A stretch of 64,000 nucleotides of DNA from a bacterium (lineage in GTDB: Bacteria > Krumholzibacteriota > Krumholzibacteriia > G020349025): NCBI GenBank assembly GCA_031362565.1, contig JANLSU010000001.1, positions 1 to 64,000 on the forward strand. Reading direction: 5' to 3'. This document shows positions 18,256 to 26,467 of this stretch, piece after piece. Both the position numbers and the translations under genes were made by a program. The stretch's first letter is position 1. The number at the start of each line of letters is the position of its first letter. The notes under the pieces were generated by a model that worked only from the letters and a program-made list of their open reading frames with translations, was not told where the DNA came from and searched no databases.

Positions 18256-20009
18256 CAGGAGCCGGCGCAGGCACCACTTCCGTGCCAGACGCCGGCGCGG
18301 GCGCCTTTGCCATCCAGTTTGATCGTCAATGGCTCGGCGAGGGCAACATGACGAATCAGCGCGGTCTCCTCGTGGGGAGCCTGCCGTTCGAGCCAGTCCC
18401 AGTTGATCCCAGGCGTCTCGTGATGCTGAATGGCCAAGTAGCCGACCCCGGTGCTCATCACGTTGTGGAAGAAATGCGAGCCCTGGCTCGGGTCGAGCAC
18501 GAGCTCGGGTAGAGACGCTTCGACGATCACTTTGGCCCCGGAGATCGCACTCCACCGCACGGGCACGCCGAGCCAGGGATCCGAAGTTCCCCAGCGGCCG
18601 AATCCGATCAGCAGGTACGGTCTCTTGCGTTCCTGCAGGCGGCGATCGAGATCCTCCAGCTCCGCGCCGATTTGCCGCGTATTCTTGGCCTCGAACTCGG
18701 CACGCCGCACGTAAACGATATCTTGGATCCCATCGAACGAGCCATTGCCCATGATGTGATTGGCGGCGAGGACGAGGTCGGGGCGATCGAACTCGTGGTC
18801 CTGAAGATCGACGGTCTCGTGCGACACGAACATCGGACGGACCTGGAGGAACCCGAGGCGTGCGCGCTCCGCGCCGGGCTGCATCTCCATCGCGAATTCG
18901 ATTTCGACGTCCGTACCGGCGGCGCGCTCGCAGATCGCGAGCAACTCACGGATCACATCGTTCAGCGGCAGCAAGTTCATCTGCAAAAGTGGCGCGAAGT
19001 TCAGGATGCGCGGTCCGGCGCGCCCCGTGCCGGGCACGACGCGGTCGGAAGAGGGCACGTACGTCGAGGCCACCAGCTTCAGCGCGCCGTCCCGCTCCGC
19101 CTCGGCCAGGTCGAGGTGGGCCATGTGCTCGGTTTCCGAGGCGACGTCTTCGACGGTCGGCGGCAACAGGTTCACGGCCCAGAATGCGAGCTGGCTGTTC
19201 TTCATGAGATCCCCGACGGATCCGAACGGTGGTGGCGCCTTCGGGCGCGCCGGGGAATAGGTCCAACACACCCCGCCATCGACGATCGTCTTGCCCAGTC
19301 CTAGGGCGAGGCTCACGACGCCTTCTTCGCTCCGCGTGCCGGCACTGGGGTAGAAGTTATGCGAGCGCGCCACCCCGGACACTTGCGGGTAGAAGCGGCT
19401 GCCACTCGTCGAACCGACGATTTCTTGAATGACGACCGCCATCTTTTCGGCCGCGAGTTCTTTACCGACGGCGCGCAGGTAGTCGCGCGCCTGCTTGAAG
19501 CGCGTCGACGCGTACACGAAGCGGACTGCCTCGACGATCTTGCGCAGCCGCAGTGCAGCGTCGGGCTGATTGTTCGGCACCATCTTGGTCTCGTACACGC
19601 CCGCCAGAGGATGGAAGATGGCGTCTTCCAGCAGGCTCGAGGAGCGAACCGCGAGCGGCACCCGGACCTCGTGGACCAGGGAGGTGAGGAAGGCCACCGC
19701 GCCGGCCGGCAGCGGGGCATCCTGAAACGCGAGGGCGATCTCGAGGTCGGTGAGCTGGTCGAAGTTGAGGTCGCGGAGTGCGGCCTGCGTCATGAAGGCG
19801 TCGAAGACGCTGGTCGTCAGCACTGCGAACGGGGGAACCGTGACTTCGATCTCGGGCAGACGGGCCGGGTCGTACTCGGCTTCGAGCATCGTGGAAAAGA
19901 ACACGAGCCCCTGTGCCTTGCCGCCAATCTCCCCGTTCCCCAGGCGCAACGTCCCGGAGTCGAATGCGCTGCGGCTGAAGCCGCCTTGGCTCTCCGTCGC
20001 GCCGCTCAT
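18255..20009 (-). CDS. PEP/pyruvate-binding (PPDK_N) domain protein
   Basis: IGGKAQGL, LAVRSSSLLED, AGVYET, EKMAVVIQE, ALGLGK, VEIEFA, LQVRP, GFGRWGTSDPWLGVPV, SQGSHFFHN. Confidence 0.85.
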   Translation of the reverse strand: MSGATESQGGFSRSAFDSGTLRLGNGEIGGKAQGLVFFSTMLEAEYDPARLPEIEVTVPPFAVLTTSVFDAFMTQAALRDLNFDQLTDLEIALAFQDAPLPAGAVAFLTSLVHEVRVPLAVRSSSLLEDAIFHPLAGVYETKMVPNNQPDAALRLRKIVEAVRFVYASTRFKQARDYLRAVGKELAAEKMAVVIQEIVGSTSGSRFYPQVSGVARSHNFYPSAGTRSEEGVVSLALGLGKTIVDGGVCWTYSPARPKAPPPFGSVGDLMKNSQLAFWAVNLLPPTVEDVASETEHMAHLDLAEAERDGALKLVASTYVPSSDRVVPGTGRAGPRILNFAPLLQMNLLPLNDVIRELLAICERAAGTDVEIEFAMEMQPGAERARLGFLQVRPMFVSHETVDLQDHEFDRPDLVLAANHIMGNGSFDGIQDIVYVRRAEFEAKNTRQIGAELEDLDRRLQERKRPYLLIGFGRWGTSDPWLGVPVRWSAISGAKVIVEASLPELVLDPSQGSHFFHNVMSTGVGYLAIQHHETPGINWDWLERQAPHEETALIRHVALAEPLTIKLDGKGARAGVWHGSGACAGS

Positions 20010-20182
20010 CGAGATCCGCCTCCGAAGTCGAACCAACTGCGTAAGTGCGGAAGATTATCAGCTGACGGAGGCCCGCTCTACCCTCTTGCCGCGGCCCGAT
20101 CTCAGTGGCAGTGCTTTGCGGTAGGATCCCAGTTGCACTGCGTACCGGGCCCCGGGGTCGCGCTCGATTGGAAGGAGATCGC

Positions 20183-20536
20183 TTGGAGATTCAGGTTCGC
20201 GAGGCGGGCCCCGTTACGGTGCTCGACCTCGCCGGCAAGCTCACGGGGTTCCAGGGCGATGAAACATTGCTGGGTACCGTCGACCGGCTCCTGGCCGGCG
20301 GAACCAGCCGAATTCTGATCAACCTCGATCAGGTTCCCTACATGGATTCGGCGGGGATCGGCGCGCTCGTAACGAGTTACAAGCATGCCGTGGAAGGTGG
20401 CGCGACCCTCAAGCTCCTGAATCCCCAGAAACGCATCTTCGACCTGCTCCACATCGTCAAGCTCGACGGGATCTTCGAGTGTTTCAACGAAGAACAGCAG
20501 GCCATCGCATCCTTTGCGGCCGGGCAGGGTCCCTGA
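20183..20536 (+). CDS. STAS-domain anti-sigma-factor antagonist
   Basis: VLDLAGKL, INLDQVPYMDSAGIGALV; AAGGAG SD before TTG. Confidence 0.92.
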   Translation: MEIQVREAGPVTVLDLAGKLTGFQGDETLLGTVDRLLAGGTSRILINLDQVPYMDSAGIGALVTSYKHAVEGGATLKLLNPQKRIFDLLHIVKLDGIFECFNEEQQAIASFAAGQGP

Positions 20537-20553
20537 GGCCAGCACCTCTCTTC

Positions 20554-21126
20554 TCAGGATTGTGGTACCGGAGTGCCGGCCTCGGGATGCGTGCCGCAAG
20601 GCACCGCGTCGAGTGCGACCGCGGCGGCTTGGATCGTGGCGGCGATGCGCACCGCGTCGTGCACGTGCTCTTCGGTCAAGCCGCCCTCGAGGACGGCTTT
20701 TTCGTGGGCTCGCACACAGGACTCACAGCCGTTGATGGCGCTGACGGCGAGTGCGAACAACTCGAAGTCGGCGCGATTCGTCGCCGGTTGTGCCAGGCGG
20801 TTCATCCGCAGACGGGCCGGACGCGTGCTGTAGGTCTCCTTGCCGACGAAATGCCGGAACCGGTAGTACACGTTGTTCATGCCCATGAGAACGGCCGCGG
20901 CCGTGGCATCTTCGACGACCGCCGGATCGGTCGCGGCGGTTGCCGCTTCCAACACCGCACTCGAGAGACGCGGTTGGCGCGCGGCGAGCGCTGAGGCGAG
21001 TGCGACGCCCCAGCGCTGCGCCACCGACAACGACGTGGTCCGAAGTACGCTGTCCAAGTTGAGACGAATATCCTTCGCCACATCCGGCAGTCCGTCGCGG
21101 AGCGCGTCGAGGTTGCTCATCTTCAC
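20554..21126 (-). CDS. ahpD: Alkyl hydroperoxide reductase AhpD
   Basis: AKDIRLNL, MGMNNVYYRF, SAINGCESCVRAHE. Confidence 0.93.
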   Translation of the reverse strand: MKMSNLDALRDGLPDVAKDIRLNLDSVLRTTSLSVAQRWGVALASALAARQPRLSSAVLEAATAATDPAVVEDATAAAVLMGMNNVYYRFRHFVGKETYSTRPARLRMNRLAQPATNRADFELFALAVSAINGCESCVRAHEKAVLEGGLTEEHVHDAVRIAATIQAAAVALDAVPCGTHPEAGTPVPQS

Positions 21127-21662
21127 GCCACCGCCAACGTCGGATCGCCCTTTTTCCAGTCGCAGGGACAGAGTTCATCCGTCTGCAACGCATCGACGAC
21201 GCGCAACACCTCGTCGACATTGCGGCCGACGGAGAGATCGTTGACGGACGCGAAACGAATGACGCCATCGGGATCGATGATGAAGGTGGCACGTAGCGGC
21301 ACGCCCTCCGTCTTGTGAAGGATGCCGAGGGCCGTCGACAGCTCGCGCTTGGTGTCGGCCAGCATCGGATACGGCAGATCCTTCAAATCGGGATGCTGCT
21401 TGCGCCACGCCAGGTGCACGAACTGGGTGTCGGTGCTGAGGCCGAGGAGTTGCACGTCGCGGTCTTGGAATTCACGATTGCGTCTGCCGAACGCGGCGAT
21501 TTCGGTCGGGCAAACGAAAGTGAAGTCCATCGGCCACGCGAACAGCACGAGCCATTTGCCGGTGTACGTGCCGGCGTGGATTTCCTGGAATTCATGGCCG
21601 GGTTCGAGCCCGACGGCGGCTTGCAGACGAAAAGCGGGGATGCGGTCTCCGACGGTCAACAT
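21123..21662 (-). CDS. ahpC: Peroxiredoxin AhpC
   Basis: WPMDFTFVCPTEI, VGRNVDEVLR..LQTDELCPC. Confidence 0.95.
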   Translation of the reverse strand: MLTVGDRIPAFRLQAAVGLEPGHEFQEIHAGTYTGKWLVLFAWPMDFTFVCPTEIAAFGRRNREFQDRDVQLLGLSTDTQFVHLAWRKQHPDLKDLPYPMLADTKRELSTALGILHKTEGVPLRATFIIDPDGVIRFASVNDLSVGRNVDEVLRVVDALQTDELCPCDWKKGDPTLAVA

Positions 21663-21674
21663 GTTCGGTCCTCC

Positions 21675-21716
21675 TAGATTTCGACTAAAATTAGACTCTA
21701 TCTATCGAACGGTCAA
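21675..21716 (-). promoter_or_regulatory. ahpC promoter with two PerR/Fur-like boxes
   Basis: TTGACC-17-TAATTT on the minus strand; TAGATttcGACTA (21675-21687) and TAGACtctATCTA (21692-21704). Confidence 0.7.
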
Positions 21717-21733
21717 AAAAAGGGGCGACGGGT

Positions 21734-22141
21734 TCAGTGTGGCTTCGGCTTCTGCTTGCCGTGCAGAACCACCTGGTATTTCCGCACCTCGAAACGACGC
21801 AGGCCTTCGACCTTTCGCACCTCGAGGGCATCCCACGGCACGTCGTGGATCTCGCCGGTTTCCTCGTCCACGAAGTGGTGGTGCGCGGCGACGTTCGGAT
21901 CGAACACGACCTTGCCCTCCGCGAGCACGAGCTCGCACAGCAACCCCTTCTCGACAAAGAGGTTGAGCGTGTTGTACACGGTCGCCCGCGACAGCATCGG
22001 GAAGCCCTGTTTGACCCGCGCCCACACTTGGTCGGCCGAGGGGTGCTCGTCGGTGCGCAGGACGTACTCCGCGACCGCGACGCGTTGCGCCGAGGGCTGG
22101 ATGCCGTGACCGCGAAGCTCATGGACTGCGTCGAATTTCAT
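21734..22141 (-). CDS. Fur-family regulator (PerR-like)
   Basis: SAQRVAV, HPSADQV, LSRATVYNTLNLF, HHHFVD; directly upstream of ahpCD. Confidence 0.92.
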   Translation of the reverse strand: MKFDAVHELRGHGIQPSAQRVAVAEYVLRTDEHPSADQVWARVKQGFPMLSRATVYNTLNLFVEKGLLCELVLAEGKVVFDPNVAAHHHFVDEETGEIHDVPWDALEVRKVEGLRRFEVRKYQVVLHGKQKPKPH

Positions 22142-22146
22142 GTCCA

Positions 22147-22176
22147 TAGACTAAGTCTAAACCTCGAATAAGTCAA
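22147..22176 (-). promoter_or_regulatory. Promoter and autoregulatory palindrome of the Fur-family gene
   Basis: TTGACT-17-TAGTCT-6 nt-ATG(22141); palindrome TAGACtaaGTCTA at 22147-22159 overlaps the -10. Confidence 0.75.
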
Positions 22177-22271
22177 GTCCGCTGAGTCCCCGGCTCCGCC
22201 GCCGTCCCGGCTCGGGCTCTTATACGTACGAACGTCTACCGACGGGAAACCGCACGGCAGATCCGGGAATT

Positions 22272-22661
22272 TCACCGCCACGACGCCCGGAACCAGCCGC
22301 GCGCCACCCGGAAAAGGCCCAGCCCCGCGAGATAGCCGGCAAGCGCGAACCCAAGAAGTGCTCCAGCGTGCCGCCAGCCGATCGGGAAGTCGAGTCCGTT
22401 CCAGACCGTCAGCGAGCCACCCAGCACCAGCAGTCCCAAGCACAGGCTCGTGGTGGCGCCGATCAAGAGAACGTGCAGTAGCACTGTGGTGGCGGCAAAG
22501 CCGAACTGTCGCAAAGCCATCCTCCGGTGCGCTGCGGGGACCGCGAGTCCCACGGGTTGTGTCTCGGCCGCAGCGGAGGGCCGGGACTCCGGCAGCCTAT
22601 CGAAAGCGCCTTGCTGCCGCGATCTCTTTCGACGCCGGCGCGGTTCGAGAGTGTCACTCAA
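22272..22661 (-). CDS. Small hypothetical membrane protein
   Basis: Two or three hydrophobic segments; fills the intergenic gap. Confidence 0.4.
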   Translation of the reverse strand: MSDTLEPRRRRKRSRQQGAFDRLPESRPSAAAETQPVGLAVPAAHRRMALRQFGFAATTVLLHVLLIGATTSLCLGLLVLGGSLTVWNGLDFPIGWRHAGALLGFALAGYLAGLGLFRVARGWFRASWR

Positions 22662-22757
22662 CGGGACCTGCTCATTTGAATGCTGGGCTTAAGACGGCGC
22701 CCCTGGATCCGCCCGCCGGATTGACGGCTGCCGCCAGGCTCGGGCACACTGCCGCGC

Positions 22758-23516
22758 ATGTCTGAAGACCCACGCTATCACGTTCGCGTCGAACCCGGCC
22801 AAGTGGGCCGCTATGTCTTGATGCCCGGCGACCGCGACCGGGTGGCGCGGATCGCGCAGCATCTGGACGGCGCGCGGCTCGTGGCCGAAAACCGCGAGTA
22901 CCGCACCATGACCGGCACGCTCGAAGGCCAGCCGGTGTCGGTTGTCTCGTCGGGCATGGGCGCACCCTGCATCACCATCGGCCTCGAGGAACTCCGCACC
23001 GCGGGCGTCGACACGATCATTCGTATCGGCACCACGGGCGCCGTCGGGCCGGGGCCGCGGCTCGGCGATTCGATCATCGCCCTCGGCGCGGTTCGTACCG
23101 AAGCGACCTCGCGCGCCTATATCGACCTCGAGTATCCGGCGGTTGCCGACTTGGATGTCGTCAACGCGTTGCGTGAGGCGGCACGCGCGGCGCGTGCCCC
23201 GCACCACGTCGGTATTGTCGAGTCGAGCGATGCCTACTATGCGGGTGCCTGGCTTGGGGCGCAAAGCGAACCACGCGCCGAACGGATGCGTCATGCAGGC
23301 CTGCTCGCAATCGAGATGGAGGCTTCGGCGTTGTTCGTGGTCGGGCGTTTGCACGGTCTGCGAACCGGCTGTGTCTTGGCACTCCGCGAAGAAATGAACG
23401 CGGCCGGAGAACGCAAGCAAGCGGGCCCCGAGTTCGAAGCCGGGCTCGATCGCACCATCGCGATTGCCGTCGACGCGGTGCGGCGTCTCATTCGACTCGA
23501 TACCGCCCCACGCTGA
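22758..23516 (+). CDS. udp: Nucleoside phosphorylase (uridine phosphorylase-like, PNP_UDP_1)
   Basis: LMPGDRDRV, NREY, SSGMGAP, IRIGTTG, IEMEAS. Confidence 0.85.
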   Translation: MSEDPRYHVRVEPGQVGRYVLMPGDRDRVARIAQHLDGARLVAENREYRTMTGTLEGQPVSVVSSGMGAPCITIGLEELRTAGVDTIIRIGTTGAVGPGPRLGDSIIALGAVRTEATSRAYIDLEYPAVADLDVVNALREAARAARAPHHVGIVESSDAYYAGAWLGAQSEPRAERMRHAGLLAIEMEASALFVVGRLHGLRTGCVLALREEMNAAGERKQAGPEFEAGLDRTIAIAVDAVRRLIRLDTAPR

Positions 23517-23575
23517 GCGGCGTAGCCCCGTTGCATTCTTGTCTTTTGCCATGTATCCGCGCGCCGCGCCTTCCC

Positions 23576-23591
23576 TGGTGCTGATCTTGCA
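23576..23591 (+). promoter_or_regulatory. sigma54 (-24/-12) promoter
   Basis: TGGTGC-TGATC-TTGCA with GG-N10-GC spacing, 52 nt before ATG 23644. Confidence 0.65.
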
Positions 23592-23643
23592 CACCAATCA
23601 TTCCGTGCAGGCTGCAGTGCCTCGTTTCCGGAGCGAAGACCCC

Positions 23644-24168
23644 ATGCGTCAGGCGCGGCAGATTCTCTGGACGGGCCTTGGATTCGTGGCAGTGGCGGTT
23701 GCATCGCTGCTCTTGGGGATGCGTCTCGCCACACCGCCCGTGCCGCACACCGGCGAGCGCGTGGCGCACGATGTCGCCCTGCTCCATGATGCTCTCGATC
23801 GTTACCGGGCCGACCATGGGTGGTATCCCTGTGATCCGGAGCGTGATTACAACAGTGCAGGGAACGACGATCTCTTGCGCCGCCAGTTGACCGGATTCAC
23901 GCGCGACGACGGCAAGCCTTCCATGCGCCGCGACGGGGCCTATTGCCTGGGCCCCTACCTGCGAGATTTTCCCGCTGATGCGCTGCACGGGTCCCGTGCG
24001 GTCGTCATCGACCAGGACCAGGCGCGTGCCCTGACGCGCTTCACAGCGGACGTCGCGGCCGGGAACGGCGCCGGCGGCTGGTACTACGAAGCGCGCACCG
24101 GCAACGTCACCATCAACGATGGCCGCGGCCGTGCCCGGCGTCCAGCAACCCAACGGGCTGGATTCTAA
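23644..24168 (+). CDS. GspG/pseudopilin-like protein
   Basis: N-terminal TM; LHDALDRYRADHGWYP, GPYLRDFP, GGWYY..TG. Confidence 0.65.
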   Translation: MRQARQILWTGLGFVAVAVASLLLGMRLATPPVPHTGERVAHDVALLHDALDRYRADHGWYPCDPERDYNSAGNDDLLRRQLTGFTRDDGKPSMRRDGAYCLGPYLRDFPADALHGSRAVVIDQDQARALTRFTADVAAGNGAGGWYYEARTGNVTINDGRGRARRPATQRAGF

Positions 24169-24283
24169 GCCGCGCGTCATTCGACGCTGCGAAGGCCGCG
24201 ACGCTCGCAGGCTGGCGCGTGGCGGATCACACTGTTATCTTGCGGCGTTCGAGCCCCTCGCCCAAGCCTCGCCGCTGGAGTCG

Positions 24284-24947
24284 CATGCGGATCGCCGCCT
24301 TTGTCGTGGCCGGCCTCGCCGTTCTTGCCGCCTTGCCGGCGGAAGGGCGGCGCTTGTCGCGCAACTACCTGGCGTTCGCGGCCGGTGCCGACATTCTGAC
24401 CGGCGATGTCTCGGGTGACGTGATCGATTCGCGCGGCAACGCGGCCGGCGAAATCGGCGTCGGTCACCAGTTCAACGACCACTGGTTGGTGGAGTTCACC
24501 TACGGGTTCTTGGGACGCTACGAGGAGAACCAGGCCTACCGGCCGCTGCCATCGAGCGTACAGCTGCCGCCCGATATCGAAACCGCCTACCGCGTCAGCG
24601 CCAATCCACTTTTCCTCCGCGCCCGCTGGACGCGGAGCGGCATCCGTGAAGAATACTTCAAGCCCGAGTTGAGTTTTGGTGTGGGCTACATCCAGGTAAC
24701 GCGCCTCTTGCGCAATTACCCCAGCTTCCCGCCCTTCGACACGAGCCAGCTCCTGCCGGCAGTCGAACTCGGTGCCGCGGCGCTGTTCGTTTTCAGCCGC
24801 AACTTCATGGGCTACGTGGGCGGGCGTTTCACGGTGACCGAACGCCGTGGCATCGTCGATCGCACCAATTCCTTCGACCGCGTCGGCCTGCTGTTCGGGT
24901 TCCGAACCTTTCTCCCAAGCCCGCGCGATGCGGCCGAGCCCGATTGA
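24284..24947 (+). CDS. Outer-membrane beta-barrel protein
   Basis: Signal peptide, amphipathic strands, C-terminal LLFGFRTF. Confidence 0.6.
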
Positions 24948-25028
24948 TCGAGCCTGCCCCCCCTTTCAGCATGGCGTGACCCCCGGGTACTCTCCCGAGG
25001 TCCATTCAAGACACAAGGGGACTCGCGC

Positions 25029-26390
25029 ATGGCTCAGCCGAACGCCACAGCGTCGAACGGTTCGGAACGCCCCGACCACTCGGGGGACTTCCGCGTCCGC
25101 CGCGTTGCCAATTGGTTGCCGCTCGGGCTCACGTACGCGACGTATTACATGGGCCGCTACAACTTCAATGTCGTCAAAGGCGACATGGGCAAGATGTTCG
25201 ATCTGGACAAAGCCCAGATGGGAATCATCGCCACGGCTGGTTTTTGGACCTACGCTCTCAGCGTCATCTTCAACGGCCCACTCGCGGATCGCTTTGGCGG
25301 CCGGCGTTCGATCTTGATCGGCGCGGTGGGGGCGTCCGTCCTGAACCTCACCATCGGACTTCTCTTCCTGAACGGCTGGATGACCAAGGTTCTGATCGGC
25401 ATGTCGCTTCTGTACTCGGTCAATATGTACTTCCAGAGCTTTGGCGCGCTGTCGGTCGTGAAGGTGAACTCGGCGTGGTTCCATGTGAAGGAGCGCGGCG
25501 TGTTCGGCGGCGTCTTCGGGTCGATGATTTCGGCGGGCTATTTTCTGGCGATTTCGATCGGCGGCTGGATTCTGGCGCGCTTTGCTTGGTACTGGGTGTT
25601 CTTGGTGCCGGCCGGCGCGCTCGCCATCATGGCGACGGTGGATTATTTCTTGGTGCGCGACCGGCCGAGCCATGCCGGACACACCGACTTCGATACCGGG
25701 GATGCTTCGAGCGGCGACGAGTCGCCGGTCGATCTGTCCTACCTCGCGAAGCGCGTCTTCACAAACCCGATTCTGGTGACGATCGCAGCGGCGGAGTTCT
25801 GCACCGGCTTCGTCCGCCAAGGACTGTTGCTCTACTTCACGGAGTTCTTGAGCGAAGTGCATGGCGTCCACAAGGGCACGGCACTCTTCGTGTGGGCGGG
25901 GACCGGCATCACGATCGGTGGGATCGTCGGTGGACTCGTGTGCGGCATCCTTTCCGACAAGGTGTTCCAGTCGCGCCGGGCGCCCGTGGCCTTCATCTTC
26001 TACCTTGGACAGTTCGTGGCCCTCGGCCTGTTGGGATTCGCGCCGGGACCGATTCCGGCCGCCATTCTCATTGGCGTTTCGTGCATGTTCATTTTTGGCG
26101 TGCACGGCATGTTGTCGGGGACGGCGTCGATGGACTTCGGCGGCCGCAAGGCGGCGGCGTCTGCGGCCGGCATGTTGGACGGCATTCAGTACGTCGCGAG
26201 CGGTCTGACGGGATTCGGCTTGGGCTGGATCCTGAAGACCTACGGATGGGATGGCACGCCCCTCACCGAAGGCTACCACCCGCATGATGCACGCATCTGG
26301 GTGTTCAGCATCATGCCGTTTTCGCTCCTCGGCGCGCTCATCATGACGCGCATTTGGAACGCCAAGCCGGCGCGCCGCGCCAGCCACTGA
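25029..26390 (+). CDS. MFS transporter, OPA (GlpT/UhpC-like) family
   Basis: YATYYMGRYNF, GPLADRFGGR, WFHVKERG, RDRP, GILSDKVFQSRRAP. Confidence 0.9.
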   Translation: MAQPNATASNGSERPDHSGDFRVRRVANWLPLGLTYATYYMGRYNFNVVKGDMGKMFDLDKAQMGIIATAGFWTYALSVIFNGPLADRFGGRRSILIGAVGASVLNLTIGLLFLNGWMTKVLIGMSLLYSVNMYFQSFGALSVVKVNSAWFHVKERGVFGGVFGSMISAGYFLAISIGGWILARFAWYWVFLVPAGALAIMATVDYFLVRDRPSHAGHTDFDTGDASSGDESPVDLSYLAKRVFTNPILVTIAAAEFCTGFVRQGLLLYFTEFLSEVHGVHKGTALFVWAGTGITIGGIVGGLVCGILSDKVFQSRRAPVAFIFYLGQFVALGLLGFAPGPIPAAILIGVSCMFIFGVHGMLSGTASMDFGGRKAAASAAGMLDGIQYVASGLTGFGLGWILKTYGWDGTPLTEGYHPHDARIWVFSIMPFSLLGALIMTRIWNAKPARRASH

Positions 26391-26467
26391 GGCACCGGCA
26401 CTGATCATTCGAGGCAGGCTGCGGATGACCGCCCGCGCGCTGCTAGAGCGGAGCCTCGCGGGCCGCA

